From NCBI RefSeq assembly GCF_001194135.2, contig NC_068983.1:99513281-99568184 (forward strand): 54,904 bases of DNA. The letters are read 5' to 3'. The DNA is from Octopus bimaculoides. Its lineage: Eukaryota. A program made the translations under genes and the position numbers. Positions 1 through 11,980 of this stretch are shown here, in pieces (position 1 is the first letter of the stretch; each line of letters starts with the position of its first letter). The notes beneath the pieces are model-generated. The model did not search any database, was not told the DNA's origin, and worked only from the letters and a program-made list of their open reading frames with translations.

Positions 1-212
1 ATTTCAAGCGTGGCCGTTTTCGTGCGGGTGACATGTAAAAGCACCCACTACACTCTCTGAGTGGTTGGCGTTAGGAAGGGCATCCAGCTGTAGAAACTCT
101 GCCAAATTAGATTAGAGCCTGGTGTTGCCATCCGGTTTCACCAGTCCTCAGTCAAATCGTCCAACCCATGCTAGCATGGAAAGCGGACGTTAAACGATGA
201 TGATGATGATGT
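1..212 (+). mobile_element. 3' tail of RTE-clade LINE or RTE-tail SINE ending in (GAT)n
   Basis: Near-identical to 7985-8166, the 3' end of the RTE LINE in this window; ends TTAAACGATGATGATG. Confidence 0.85.
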
Positions 213-404
213 ATATACACACTCACATACAATGGGCTACTTTCAGTTTCTGTTTGCCAAATTTCCTCAGTCAGTCCTGGGACTATAGTAGAAGACAGTT
301 GCCCAAGGTGCTGTGTGGGGTTGAACCCAGTATATATATTTACATACATATCCATAAATATATACACATAAGCACATGCACACATTCATACACAACATGC
401 TGTA

Positions 405-1215
405 GTTGTTGGTTTTGTTTAGCTCTTGGGTAGCCCTGATCAAAGACAGCTATGATAAAATCTTTTCCAGCTGTGTCCATCCTACCTTTTTATATAAAGG
501 ATTACATTGTATAACATGTTCTCAGTTTTTTTTTAAGGAATATAAAGTGTGTGATTTGAGGGAGGTTTGACCACTTGAATCTAGCATGAGCAACCCATGA
601 TGATAGTCTTCTAACCATGATTCTCTGTCTTTTTTATATTAAGGACTACATCTATTAATGTATCCTTATGTTTTCAAGGTGATAGGTGTGATTTGAGGGA
701 GCCTTGGTAGCTATTTCTAGTAAGTCAACCTATCACATAGTGGGTCCATCAGTTGTTTGACTCCAGATCAGTTTAGCTCTGGTCAAGCAGGCCTATGACA
801 TAAGGCATTCAAGTTCTAGCCATCTTGTATTTTTGTCACTTAAACTTCATTGTCCAATAAGCTTTCTTTTTAAAATGGTACAGTGTGTAGTTAAGGAAGA
901 TTTGGCTGCTATTTCTGGTTCCTAGCTGTTTTAAATGTTATTTAGCACTAGGTTAGCTCTGATCAAGCAGACTTATGAAAAAGAGATATTCCAGCCATGA
1001 CTATCCTGTCTTTTTGTATATTAGGCTTAACTTTGTTGTTCAATATGCCATTATTTTTTTGCATTGTAGGGTAACTTGAGGGGGATTTGGCTGTTGTTTT
1101 TCTAGCAGTTTGAGTGACCTTCAGAGACACTTTCATTTGTTCCTGATTATGTTGTCCTAGCCCATCACTGACGGAGCAGGCTTATGGTCAAAGCTGCAAC
1201 TATTCTGTCTTTTTC
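405..1215 (+). repeat. Tandem array of about 4 degenerate ~200 bp interspersed-repeat units
   Basis: Recurrent motifs TAGC(C/T)CTG(A/G)TCAAGCAG..CTATGA and GTGTGATTTGAGGGAG..TTGG; related dispersed copies near 30210-30400 and 32790-33000. Confidence 0.6.
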
Positions 1216-1689
1216 TCAGGCACAGTGTACACTGCACTGAGAATCACACATCCAGTAGAATGCACATAGATATACACACAGAGTGGTAGGAAGAGCACGA
1301 AAGAAGGAAAGGAAGGCAGGAATAAAAGAAAGAAAGGGAAGAATGAAGGAAGGTAGGAATGAAAGAAAGGTATTAAGTAGAAAAGCGAGAAAGAAGAAAG
1401 GAAAGAAAAGACTGAAGAACAGTATTTTATTGTGTTGTAGTGAGTGTATCCTAAATGATATTGGTTTTAATGTCAAAAGAGAAAGTGTCAAACAAGTGAG
1501 TGTGTTCTAAATGTCATCAGCTTTAATGTCAAGAGAGAAAGTGCAAGACTATAAAACTTATTTAAAACAGAGACAGAGGTGGAGAGATGAAGATAGATAA
1601 TTGGATGCCAAATGAAAGGGTGTTTTTGAGATGGTAGTGTGAGATATTAGTGAGATAACATTTATATTGAGATAATATTTATATTGACA

Positions 1690-1910
1690 AGGTGGCGAGC
1701 TGGCAAAATCGTTAGCGTGCTAGACAAAATGCTTAGTGACATTTTGCTTGTCTTGGTGTTCTAATTTCAAATTCTTCTGGGGTCGACTTTGCTTTACATC
1801 CTTTTGGGGGTTGATAAAAGAAGTACCAGTTGACCCTTAGGGTCACTGTAATTGACTTAGTCCCTCCCCCAAAATTGCTGAATTTTGGCCAAAATTTGAA
1901 ATCATTATTA
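1690..1910 (+). mobile_element. tRNA-derived SINE, family A (GGCGGCGAGCTGGCAGAA head)
   Basis: A-box/B-box-like head, GGTCGACTTTGC body and CCAAAATTTGAAA tail; more than 12 copies in the window. Confidence 0.8.
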
Positions 1911-2041
1911 CATGAAGATCACACATACATGTGCATAGGCAAACACACACACACACACATATATATATAGGTTAAATAAAATGAAGCAACAAAGCCAAGG
2001 CAGTGTGAAATTTCCAGAACATTTTATAAAGAGAAGGCTTG

Positions 2042-2089
2042 TCTTACAGCTGTTTCAGGGATATAAAAAAGATATCCCTTCCTCAGAGA
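2042..2089 (-). ncRNA. Minimal type I hammerhead ribozyme motif in the PLE terminus
   Basis: Minus strand reads UCU-CUGAGGA-AGGGAUAU/loop/AUAUCCCU-GAAA-C-AGCU-G-UA-AGA: intact core, 8-bp stem II, palindromic minimal stem III, 3-bp stem I. Confidence 0.7.
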
Positions 2090-5000
2090 TGATATGAGAG
2101 AGTTAAATAGAGGGAAATAGTAGAGTTCAATATAAGAAGTTATTTTGGAAAGGGAGAGATATAGGAAATATAAAAGGAAATATAAATAAAAAATAAAGAT
2201 ATATGTTGGATGTTAAACTTGCTGTTATATTATCCAAGAAATGTATAGTGCAGAATGAGTAAAAAGGCTTCTTGTCCATGATATTGCCCTTGACAATGCC
2301 AATGCAAGCTAATAAATAAACTACATGTGGACGATTGCACAGAACCTTACTGCCCTACATTTCTACACTTCAACTTTAAGGATCATAAGAAGGACTTCAT
2401 AACCAAATCATCTATATACCTCATATGCCCTACCAAATTTCACCTGAGAAGAATAAGCAAGAACATTCTGGATAAAATAATACCAATTGTCAAGGAAAAA
2501 CCTATGGTCCTGTACAAGTGAAGTCATAACATGGTTCCATTTCTTGAACAACAAAAACTCTTCTTCATTCCTACAATAATTACCCTTCATTTATTTCCCT
2601 CAAACTTCTAAATCATGCCCTCCTAGCTAAGAACCTAAATAACCTAACTCCACTAGAAATTAACATAATTCTTAATGCCCCCAAAACTCTCATTTCTTTC
2701 GAAGACAAATCCTGGCACTGGGCCAACCATTATAACACTAATAATAACTATGGCAAATTCTTTGACATTACTATGGGATCATCTGACTCTGCCCAGGTCA
2801 CGAACCTTGTTGGACTATACATACTCCATCAGCTCCGAATATACTTCCCTGATATCAAGGGCATTAATAAATCCTCTTAAGAACAAATTAAGAAAGATCT
2901 ACACAAATTCTTCTCCAACCTCAACCTATCCATTACTTTTGAAAATTCCTATAAAACAGCTAATTTTTTAGACGTTACTTTAAACTTAGAAACCTCCCAG
3001 TACTCCCCATGTCATAAACCCAACTAGTACCTTAAGTACTTAAACATTAATTCCAATCATCTCAAATCCACCTTCAATAATATAGTTAAGGGTATTTCAA
3101 TTTGTATATCTGACCTCTCAATCACTGAAGAAATATTCAATAATCACGCCCCATACTTCTCCCAACAAATAAAATATGTTTCTAATACTAGGCTCAAGCA
3201 ACATATATCTCAAATCATATCACCACAACATGCTAACCACCATAATTATAACAGACCACACGTGCGTTATACTAGAACCCCGGAAGAACACAGATTAAAG
3301 CAGCTTAGACCCCACATGTACACTATAACACTAGGTCATAAGCTAAAACAGCTAGCAATAATGAGCCATATAATCCCCCTCTAATTTCTAAAAATTAGAG
3401 GCGGGTTGTATGACTTAGCCAAATTCTTTTTTAATATATTAGACTCCAAATTCCTTTGTCAGCATAAATATTACTCTATCTTTGATAGATCTACTCTAAA
3501 GCTATCCTACTTCCCCACCCAACTTTGAGTCTATCGCAACAGCCTCTAATAGACAAAAACTTTCTATTATCAAAATAGACGCTGAGACAACTCTGAATAC
3601 ACGAGCACCCAACACATACATAGCTCTGGCATTGAACCCAATACTTTAGACCATAACAAAAATCCAACTAACTCTATCCTACTAATACTATCCAGAATAC
3701 TAGTACCCTAGATAGGATAAATAATGACAATGATAGAAATAATAATGTTAATAACAAAGCCCCATCTCTAACCTCTCCCCAGACGGTATTACTTTTTCCA
3801 TTCTTAAGAATTATTCCCACAATGCACTACCATGTAACTGCTGCCCTGAGACCATTTGACCTCTATAAACCCATTGCAGAAGTCTAACATAATTTACAAA
3901 TGCACCGTCCTCAACACGCTACACAATTCTACAACCATATATATAGGGTCAACTATAAATTTTAAACAGATATGCTGCACATCTCAATTCTTTTAGATAC
4001 GAGAAACACAGTAAATCCACAACCCTCGCCAGTCACATACATCATCTTGAAAATAGGAATATTCATATCACTTATGTCCATAATAGATTCAGGGTTTCCA
4101 TACTAGGGTCAACACTCAGCCTGTAAGTTATGCCTAAAAGAGGCCTTCCACATATTAAAACATGACTCTTCAATACTACAAAACAAGTATAATGAGGCCC
4201 TAGGTACATGCGACCAGCAGTTTTTTTTCATACCTTCAAATTTTACCACAGATCTAAATGCAACCTAAATCGCCACACAGTACATATACCGAATACCCAT
4301 CAGGTAAACTCCAACAACCTTATTTAACTTTCTGATTTCTTAATTTTTAATTTTTTAATTGTTTAATAATATAATTATATATATATATATGTACATGTAT
4401 GGATACATATGTGAATATGCAGTTCAATATAATAGTGCATATACACCTTCTGCGTGTGTGTGTGCGCATATATCTATATACATATTTTTTCTCTCACTGA
4501 TTTATCAGTCCCCACCATCACTTTAGCTAGCACAATCTCTGACCTCATATAAATGCTTAGAAACTTGACCATTATATTTTCTTATTCTTTCCTTCCTTTT
4601 TGAGGTTTACTACTCACTTCTAGCACCCAACTCTGTACCACATTCTTTATCTGTCCCTCCACTTTAGTGACATTCAAGCATGTCACACCACCTCCCACTT
4701 CTCACACATATTCCTTCCTTACATTTTTATCTCTTCCTTCTATCTCTCCTCTTATTCCTTTTATCTACTGATAGCTCTCCTCTCCCTGCCCTCTCACAAT
4801 ATCTTGACCACCATCTAGCATTCCTTTTTCATTTTCTCTTCCTCTTTCTTTCTTTCTTTCCTCCGCCAATCCTTTGACTAATACCATTATCTTCCTCCTA
4901 ACATACTTATCTATTCTGTTCTCAAAATTTCATTTACACTACAAGATCCCTTTGAATGGACATCACATAGAATTAATATCTGCACACTATCCATTTGTAA

Positions 5001-5215
5001 TAGTAAAATATGACCTCCTATCGGAACTCACATACCATGGACAAGAAGCATTTTTACCCATTCTACGCAACACATTTCTTGGGTAATGGAACAGCAGGTT
5101 TAACATCCAACATATATCTTTATTTTCATCCTTATATTTCCTATATCTCTCCCTTTCCAAAATAACTTCTTATATTGAACTCTGCTATTTCCCTCTATTT
5201 AACCCTCTCATATCA

Positions 5216-5265
5216 TCTCTGATGAAGGGATATCTTTTTTTTATATCCCTGAAACAGCTGTAAAA
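5216..5265 (+). ncRNA. Second copy of the PLE hammerhead motif, stem I damaged
   Basis: CTGATGA 5219-5225, stem II AGGGATAT/ATATCCCT, GAAA 5251-5254, CAGCTG, TA; one mismatch in stem I. Confidence 0.6.
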
Positions 5266-5427
5266 CAACCCTGCTCTTTATAAAATGTCCTAGAAATTTC
5301 ACACTGCCTTGGCTTTGTTGTCTCATTTTATTTAACCTATACATGCTCACACATGATCCACGTTAAATTTCTCACTCATACTATTATAAAACTGGGAGTC
5401 TGACAGCTGTCCTTCCATAGTACTTAC

Positions 5428-5519
5428 ATAGCCATACCTGCCTTTTGTATCTTCTGGATATCAAGACCTCTCGTACACACATAGTCGCACACATACACGT
5501 GTTTTTGCCAGTTTGGCAG
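5428..5519 (-). CDS. Candidate exon of an unidentified minus-strand gene
   Basis: Acceptor TTTTTATACAG; donors AG|GTATGG (exon end 5438) or AT|GTAAGT (end 5428); phase-0 reading LPNWQKHVYVCDYVCTRGLDIQKIQKA is open. Product not recognised. Confidence 0.35.
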
Positions 5520-5726
5520 CTGTATAAAAATATATATTGAGCTCTGCCATGTGTGAGTGAGATTTTGAATTTGGAATACTGTTATCTTGGGTAACAGCAT
5601 AAATGTAGTTTTATCACAGAGTAGTCAATTTACTTTTTAAGTATTATAAGCTAGTACTTAAGAGATTAGATTACTAAACTCTTTATTGACATGTTCTAAT
5701 ATACACATGAACATGTGTGTACATAC

Positions 5727-5756
5727 ATTTGTCAGCAATGTTTCTACCATCTACAA
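5727..5756 (-). CDS. Candidate micro-exon (17, 24 or 30 nt depending on acceptor)
   Basis: Three closely spaced TAG acceptors followed by donor GTATGT. Confidence 0.25.
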
Positions 5757-6032
5757 CTATACAAGACAATTATTGAGATGGCAGTTGTAAAAGAAAAAGA
5801 AGAAACAGTGTCCTTTAGAAAAAAGGGCTTTCTCAACTCTTCGTTGTTACCCCTATTGAAATTCATAGGAAATTTTCGCAGCAAGTCTCAATTGAGCATA
5901 AAATCTGATGCTATATTCACCAATTCAGTGAATCTTTTACCTTTTATTTGTTTCAGTCATTAGACTGCAATCATGCTGGAGCATCGCATAGTTTTTAAAA
6001 GGTGGTTAAATGTATAGTAATTTTCAACTCAC

Positions 6033-6049
6033 CTAGCATGGTCGTAGTT
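6033..6049 (-). CDS. Candidate 17-nt micro-exon containing ACCATG
   Basis: TTTTATCTCAG|AACTACGACCATGCTAG|GTGAGT: near-consensus acceptor and donor. Confidence 0.4.
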
Positions 6050-6831
6050 CTGAGATAAAATTTACATTTTGCCTCTTTTTATGGTAAATTTTTGGTTCTG
6101 ATGAAAACATTTTTGTTTACAGCCTTCAAACTGTATCATAATCAAAAAGATTTTGTTGACTGTTAGCACCTTATTGTAAAATTTATGGTCTCATGACTAA
6201 TTCAGAAAATTATATTTGTTGCTCAAATAAAATAAAATCGATATAGATACAATTTATTTTGTGTTTTTTTTTGTTTTTTTTTTTGGATACAAAAACATTC
6301 ATCTCAGTTTGAAGTACATCTTGAGACAAATTTTTTTTTATAAACTAAATCATATACTGAATGATGAAATCACCTGATATACAAAAAAGGCAGGATAGTT
6401 ACAATTGGAACAGTTTTTATCAAAGCAGCATTTAATCAGAGCTGATCTGGAGCAGTATCCAAGTTAAGAGAAATGGCAGTCTTTAGAATGTTGTGTGCTC
6501 TGAATTCAATTTTGCTTTTCGTTTTTTAGGGTTTGATAAAATAAAATACAAATCTGGGGCAGCAGAATAGTAGAATAGGAGGAATAGGTATTCCTTCTGT
6601 GCTCTGTTTGTTATAACCAGAAATGGCTCAGATGAAAGTAGCATTAATTTTCTTAGGTCATTCAATTGTCCTCAATTGATCAATAGACTAATTGAGTTAA
6701 CTTATCAGTAATGTACCTATAATGACTACTGGAAACAGCTGTAAACCAAATTTGCTCCAATAAAGGAGAAATATGTAATGACCATTATTTTAAACTTTTT
6801 TCAATAACAAAGAAGGCTAACTAGCAATATA

Positions 6832-8162
6832 GATTTTGTATGTGGCAGATGCTTGGGAGCAATAAACACTGAAAATGTGCAGAGAACAACTTCTGCCACA
6901 TTCCAGGGAGAAAAACTTGAAGTAGTTGATAGCTTCCGTTACCTAGGTGACCAAATCAGTAGCAGGGGAGGGTGCATTGAAGGTGTAGCGACTAGAATAA
7001 GAATAGCCTGGGCAAAGTTCAGAGAACTCTTACCTCTGCTTGTGACAAAGGGCCTCTCACTCAGAGTAAAAAGCAGACTGTATGACGCATGTGTACGAAC
7101 AGCCATGCTACATGGCAGTGAAACATGGGCTGTGACTGCTGAGGACATGCATAAGCTCGCAAGGAATGAAGCCAGTATGCTCAGATGGATGTGTAATGTC
7201 AGTGTGCATACTCAACAGAGTGTAAGTATCTTGAGAGAAAAGTTGGAATTAAGAAGCATCAGATGTGATGTGCAAGAAAGACGATTGTGCTGGTATGGTC
7301 ACGTGTTGCGAATGGATGAGGACAGCTGTGTGAAAAAGTACCACAGCCTAGCGGTTGAGGGTACCTGTGGAAGAGGTAGACCCAAGAAGACCTGGGATGA
7401 GGTGGTGAAGCACGACCTTTGAACATTAGGCCTCACTGAGGCAATTACTAGTGACCGAGACCTTTAGAAATATGCTGTGCATGAGAAGACCCGGCAAGCC
7501 AAGTGAGATCATAACCTGTGACCTTTACCAGGGGTGTAGCCAGCCCACTTATGCGTACCTTTCCTTCTTTGGACACAAAACCCTGCTTGCGAAAACCTGT
7601 TGAGGCAAGTGAAATTGAAATTGAACCAAATTAGATGACAGGCACCCATGCCAACCTTCCCTCACTGGACACTAAACTCAGCTTGCGAAGACTTGTTTGG
7701 GCAAGTGAGATCGAAACTGAACCAAATTCGATTACTGGCACTGTGCCAGTGGAGCGCTAACAGCACCATCCGAGCAGGATCACTGCAAGAGCAGCGGTCT
7801 TGCTTCCGTGCCGGTGGCACGTAAAAAGCGCCAGCTGAGCGCGATCGTTTCCAGGTTCGCCTTACTGGCACTTGTGCCTGTGGCATGTGAACAAAACATT
7901 AGACTGACTCCTGTGCCGGTGGCACGTATAAAACACCATTTGAGCGTGGCCATTGCCAGTACCGCCGGACTGGCCCTCATGCTGGTGGCACGTAAAAAGC
8001 ACCCACTAAACTCTCGGAGTGGTTGGCGTTAGGAAGGGTATCTAGCTGTAGAAACTCTGTCATATCAGATTGGAGTCTGGTGTAGCCATCTGGTTGGCCA
8101 GTCCCCAGTCAAATCGTTCAACCCATGCTAGCATGGAAAGCAGACGTTAAATGATGCTGCTG

Positions 8163-8166
<4 letters not shown>
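6832..8166 (+). mobile_element. RTE-clade LINE, 5'-truncated; RT C-terminal ORF 6853-7422 plus long 3' UTR
   Basis: ORF motifs LEVVDSFRYLG, AWAKFRELLPLL, LYDACVRTAMLHGSETW, RGRPKKTW; (GAT/GCT)n tail. Confidence 0.92.
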
Positions 8167-8202
<36 letters not shown>

Positions 8203-8211
8203 GTACAACCA

Positions 8212-8500
8212 GCTTCTCTCAGTTTCTGTCAACTAATTCCACTTTGGTCAGCCTGAGGCTATGGTAGAAGATACTTGCACAAAATACCATGCAGCGGGAT
8301 TGAACCCAGAATCATGTGGTTGGGAAACAAGCTTCTTACTACAGGCGTGGCTGTGTGGTAAGAAGCTTGCTTTCCAACCACAAGGTTTGGATTCTGTCCC
8401 ACTGTGTGGTACTTTGGGCAAGTGTCTTCTACTATAGCTTCGGTCTGACCAAAGCCTTGTGACTGAGTTTGGTAGACGGAAACTGAAAGTAGCCTGTTGT
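8212..8500. mobile_element. Two family-B tRNA-SINE copies head-to-head (inverted pair)
   Basis: 8212-8343 is the reverse complement of 8354-8500; head GTGGCTGTGTGGTAAGAAGCTTGC matches the copy at 36977. Confidence 0.85.
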
Positions 8501-8503
8501 ATA

Positions 8504-9050
8504 CCTATATATATAAAAGAGAGATTCTGTCCGTTTGTATGTTTGGTTGTCCCATAAAGTGAAAGTAAACGATTCAAGGGAGGCAACACTAATTGTGCAG
8601 AAACCTATGACAAACTGCATTGAGGCAAATATTCTCACTGGTTGTGATAAAAAGTGACAAAAAACGAACACCAACAAACGCATGACATGCAGTACTTTTT
8701 CTATATTTCCTATTATGCTATTGCCTAATTTGTCTCAACAAAAATTATGCAATGGTAAAACACTAATTGTGCACTGACACAACATTTATAATTTCATTTC
8801 ACTATAACTTACTGATATTCCTAATCAAAAAAAATTGCATTAATAAAAGACTGTCAAAAAACAAACACCAAACAAATGCACAGCATGCAATGCTTTTTCT
8901 ATATGAACAATGATGTTCCACTTTTCAGTGCCATTGCAGTCATCTGGATTCTGTAAAGCTATTCTTCTATATGATATACCCATTTTCTTAGCTTCTCGGC
9001 CCGAGAAACAGTAAACGTAATTACCCAACCAACGACGGGTATTACTGCTA

Positions 9051-9051
<1 letters not shown>
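8504..9051 (+). mobile_element. Non-autonomous Helitron
   Basis: 5' (T/C)CTATATATATAAAA, internal helicase scrap LIVQKPMTNCIEANILTGC, 3' ACCC..GGGT hairpin then CTAG (9048-9051) followed by T. Confidence 0.7.
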
Positions 9052-9092
<41 letters not shown>

Positions 9093-9863
9093 NNNNNNNN
9101 NNNNNNNNNNNNNNNNNNNNNNNNNNNNNNNNNNNNNNNNNNNNNNNNNNNNNNNNNNNNNNNNNNNNNNNNNNNNNNNNNNNNNNNNNNNNNNNNNNNN
9201 NNNNNNNNNNNNNNNNNNNNNNNNNNNNNNNNNNNNNNNNNNNNNNNNNNNNNNNNNNNNNNNNNNNNNNNNNNNNNNNNNNNNNNNNNNNNNNNNNNNN
9301 NNNNNNNNNNNNNNNNNNNNNNNNNNNNNNNNNNNNNNNNNNNNNNNNNNNNNNNNNNNNNNNNNNNNNNNNNNNNNNNNNNNNNNNNNNNNNNNNNNNN
9401 NNNNNNNNNNNNNNNNNNNNNNNNNNNNNNNNNNNNNNNNNNNNNNNNNNNNNNNNNNNNNNNNNNNNNNNNNNNNNNNNNNNNNNNNNNNNNNNNNNNN
9501 NNNNNNNNNNNNNNNNNNNNNNNNNNNNNNNNNNNNNNNNNNNNNNNNNNNNNNNNNNNNNNNNNNNNNNNNNNNNNNNNNNNNNNNNNNNNNNNNNNNN
9601 NNNNNNNNNNNNNNNNNNNNNNNNNNNNNNNNNNNNNNNNNNNNNNNNNNNNNNNNNNNNNNNNNNNNNNNNNNNNNNNNNNNNNNNNNNNNNNNNNNNN
9701 NNNNNNNNNNNNNNNNNNNNNNNNNNNNNNNNNNNNNNNNNNNNNNNNNNNNNNNNNNNNNNNNNNNNNNNNNNNNNNNNNNNNNNNNNNNNNNNNNNNN
9801 NNNNNNNNNNNNNNNNNNNNNNNNNNNNNNNNNNNNNNNNNNNNNNNNNNNNNNNNNNNNNNN
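9093..9863. other. Assembly gap
   Basis: N run. Other gaps: 17673-18398, 23141-23150, 37077-37086, 39005-39402, 40302-40507, 51542-51551. Confidence 0.99.
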
Positions 9864-9877
9864 ATAGTCTCTTCCTG

Positions 9878-10884
9878 AGTAGTGGATCAACCCACTACAC
9901 AGAGGATTCCAAGGTGGCAAACACAAACCAAGACGAACGACCGTGCGAACCAAAAGGAGAAATGGTGACGAATGGAAAACAGGCTCCTTTTTAAACGCGT
10001 CACACGGTCGACACAAAATATAATGATATATGTTATAATACTATAACAGAGAACTAAGAAGTTTGCCAGTAAGATACAAGATAGGAACGCAACCGATAAA
10101 GATGTATAACAGTAAGATTTATTGGAGCATTAAACTGTATGTCTGTGTGTGTGTGAATGCGACATAATAAAACACAATATAAGACTGGCCGTCATGTAAA
10201 CAAGAGTGTGTATACAAATATATGTATGTGTATGTAAGAGTTACAGAGAATATATAAGAGTCAGTAACACGGATAAGGAAATACCAGTTCTGTTGAGGTA
10301 CACAGTAGTTAGTGTCTGTATATAAGAGGTTAAGGTTAAGGCAGAGCGGTCACTCGTCGTGATGTTGGGGCTTCTATGCCAGGCCGGATTCTTGAATATA
10401 GATGTTCTTCGCAGGCTGAATTCTGGCTATTAATTTCGTGGTGAGCAAATCACACAAACAGGGTTGAGAAGCTGCGGTGGCTGTTTGGTAGCTTGTGTAC
10501 GTGTAGAAGTCATGTTGACGGTGCTAGTAGTACGTAGTTGAAGTGGTTGTTGATGTCGTCGCTAGAACTGGCTGGTTGGTTGGTGCTGTGTTACGCGTGT
10601 GTGGTCAGGACCAGATCTGTGAGGATCTGAGCCGCGACGAATTGCCGCGGATAATTTAGGCTATTTATAGATACAGAAAGGCTCCAGAGAGCATCAGAAA
10701 AACACTCTATCACGTGACCTTATTAGTGGCTACGGTTGGTCGATTTGCGTCCTGGCGGTAAATGGAGTGGAGACAATTGCCGCGTAAATAAAAGTCAGTC
10801 AGGTGATGACACAGCAGGCGGGAAAGAGTTGTTTTCTGCTACGCTCGCATTTGTTTGTATATAATGGTGATAGAGGTAGTTTCA

Positions 10885-10889
<5 letters not shown>
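9878..10889 (-). mobile_element. LTR, probably solo, of an LTR retrotransposon
   Basis: Minus strand starts TGTAGTG and ends CACTACT (imperfect 7-bp inverted ends); TATAAATA at ~10660-10667 and AATAAA at ~10117-10122 on the minus strand; ~1 kb, non-coding. Confidence 0.6.
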
Positions 10890-10945
<56 letters not shown>

Positions 10946-11392
10946 CGATGGTTGTCCACTCGTGACCGAAAAAGATCATCACCAACCAAATTACCAGTTA
11001 TGCACCAGCAGTCGGCCTCACCTGGGTTCGCGTCCACATCTTCCATGCTCGTTGCGGTCCCTCCTACTAGACTAGTTGCATAGTCGCTTCGCCGGCGTTT
11101 GCGCATCCTAAATTTTCAGGTCCAATAAGGCTTGCAGACCTTCTCCATCCTACTGACAAGATCTCGAGACAAGTCAAACCAAGATAGCCAGTGCCAATAT
11201 GGGTCGCAGGCTCAGGAATATTAGAGCGCCTTGATCTCAAGCGAAAGGAAACAATCTCCATATCAGAGTGACTTTCTCCTAGAGACATACTTTAGCAAAA
11301 TGTATCCCTCTCCCAGTGGCCTTCCAGCGCGTCGGACACCAACACTGATTTTCTGAGGGTCCGTGTTAGAACCCATACTATGTTCATCTGTC

Positions 11393-11397
<5 letters not shown>
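10946..11397 (-). mobile_element. 3' end remnant of a second RTE-like LINE
   Basis: Degenerate GVRRAGRPL C-terminal RTE-like motif; ends GTGGACAACCATC next to (TA)n. Confidence 0.5.
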
Positions 11398-11437
<40 letters not shown>

Positions 11438-11459
11438 CCCCCCTCTCTCTCTCTCAAAA

Positions 11460-11980
11460 CAAGACGAGTTATATATTACGTAAGCTAGGAGAAAACCGAT
11501 CGAAGAGTGCTGTTTCTTGTAAGCTATTCGAGACGTACTTCTCGAATAAACGTTTATCAAGACATCATTGTACGTGCCAGCGCGCCATCAGATTGTCTAT
11601 TTCAGAAAAAAAATACATGCCCGCGAGAAATGTTTCTTTGTTATTGAATACTTTAATGACGGTTAATGTGTTTGTGCAAATTTTGTTTCCAGGAAAAGAA
11701 CGCATCTTTCATCGATAGAATAAAAGATTTCTAAAAATGAATTACTAATTCTCATTTCGAGTGATCAGAAATATAACGACTAAATGCTCGTGGCGAAAGC
11801 TATATATAAAAACAAAGCAAAACATTTCTGTTTGCTTTATTTGGATGCTAAAACTCTGAAGTAGTTCTTGATCGAAAACAATAATAATTACGAGTTGCAT
11901 CTAAATCTAAAAACCTTATATTTACCGATTCTTTTTTTTTTATTTTTTTTTTTTATAAATATTTACTTCAAAAACTTGTA
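11460..11980. promoter_or_regulatory. Candidate (possibly bidirectional) promoter region
   Basis: Non-repetitive, locally CpG-enriched (GCCAGCGCGCC, GCCCGCGAG, CTCGTGGCG); TATATAAAA at 11803-11811; lies just upstream of the + gene ATG. Confidence 0.35.

Larger units (their letters stand above)
1966..5341 (+). mobile_element. Penelope-like retroelement, degenerate, with inverted ~310 bp termini
   Basis: Broken RT (FNFKDHKKDFITK..ISKNILDKI, ~2330-3100) and GIY-YIG endonuclease (NIIYKCTV..YIGST..NSFRYEKHSKSTTLASHI, ~3886-4200); 1966-2280 is the reverse complement of 5037-5341. Confidence 0.85.

Noticed and set aside
6853-7422. 189-aa ORF as a host gene
   Set aside because: C-terminal part of an RTE LINE ORF, 5'-truncated.
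9048-10016. Long ORFs in the track (also 17569-18517, 38707-39587, 40246-40549)
   Set aside because: They are open only because they run through N gaps.
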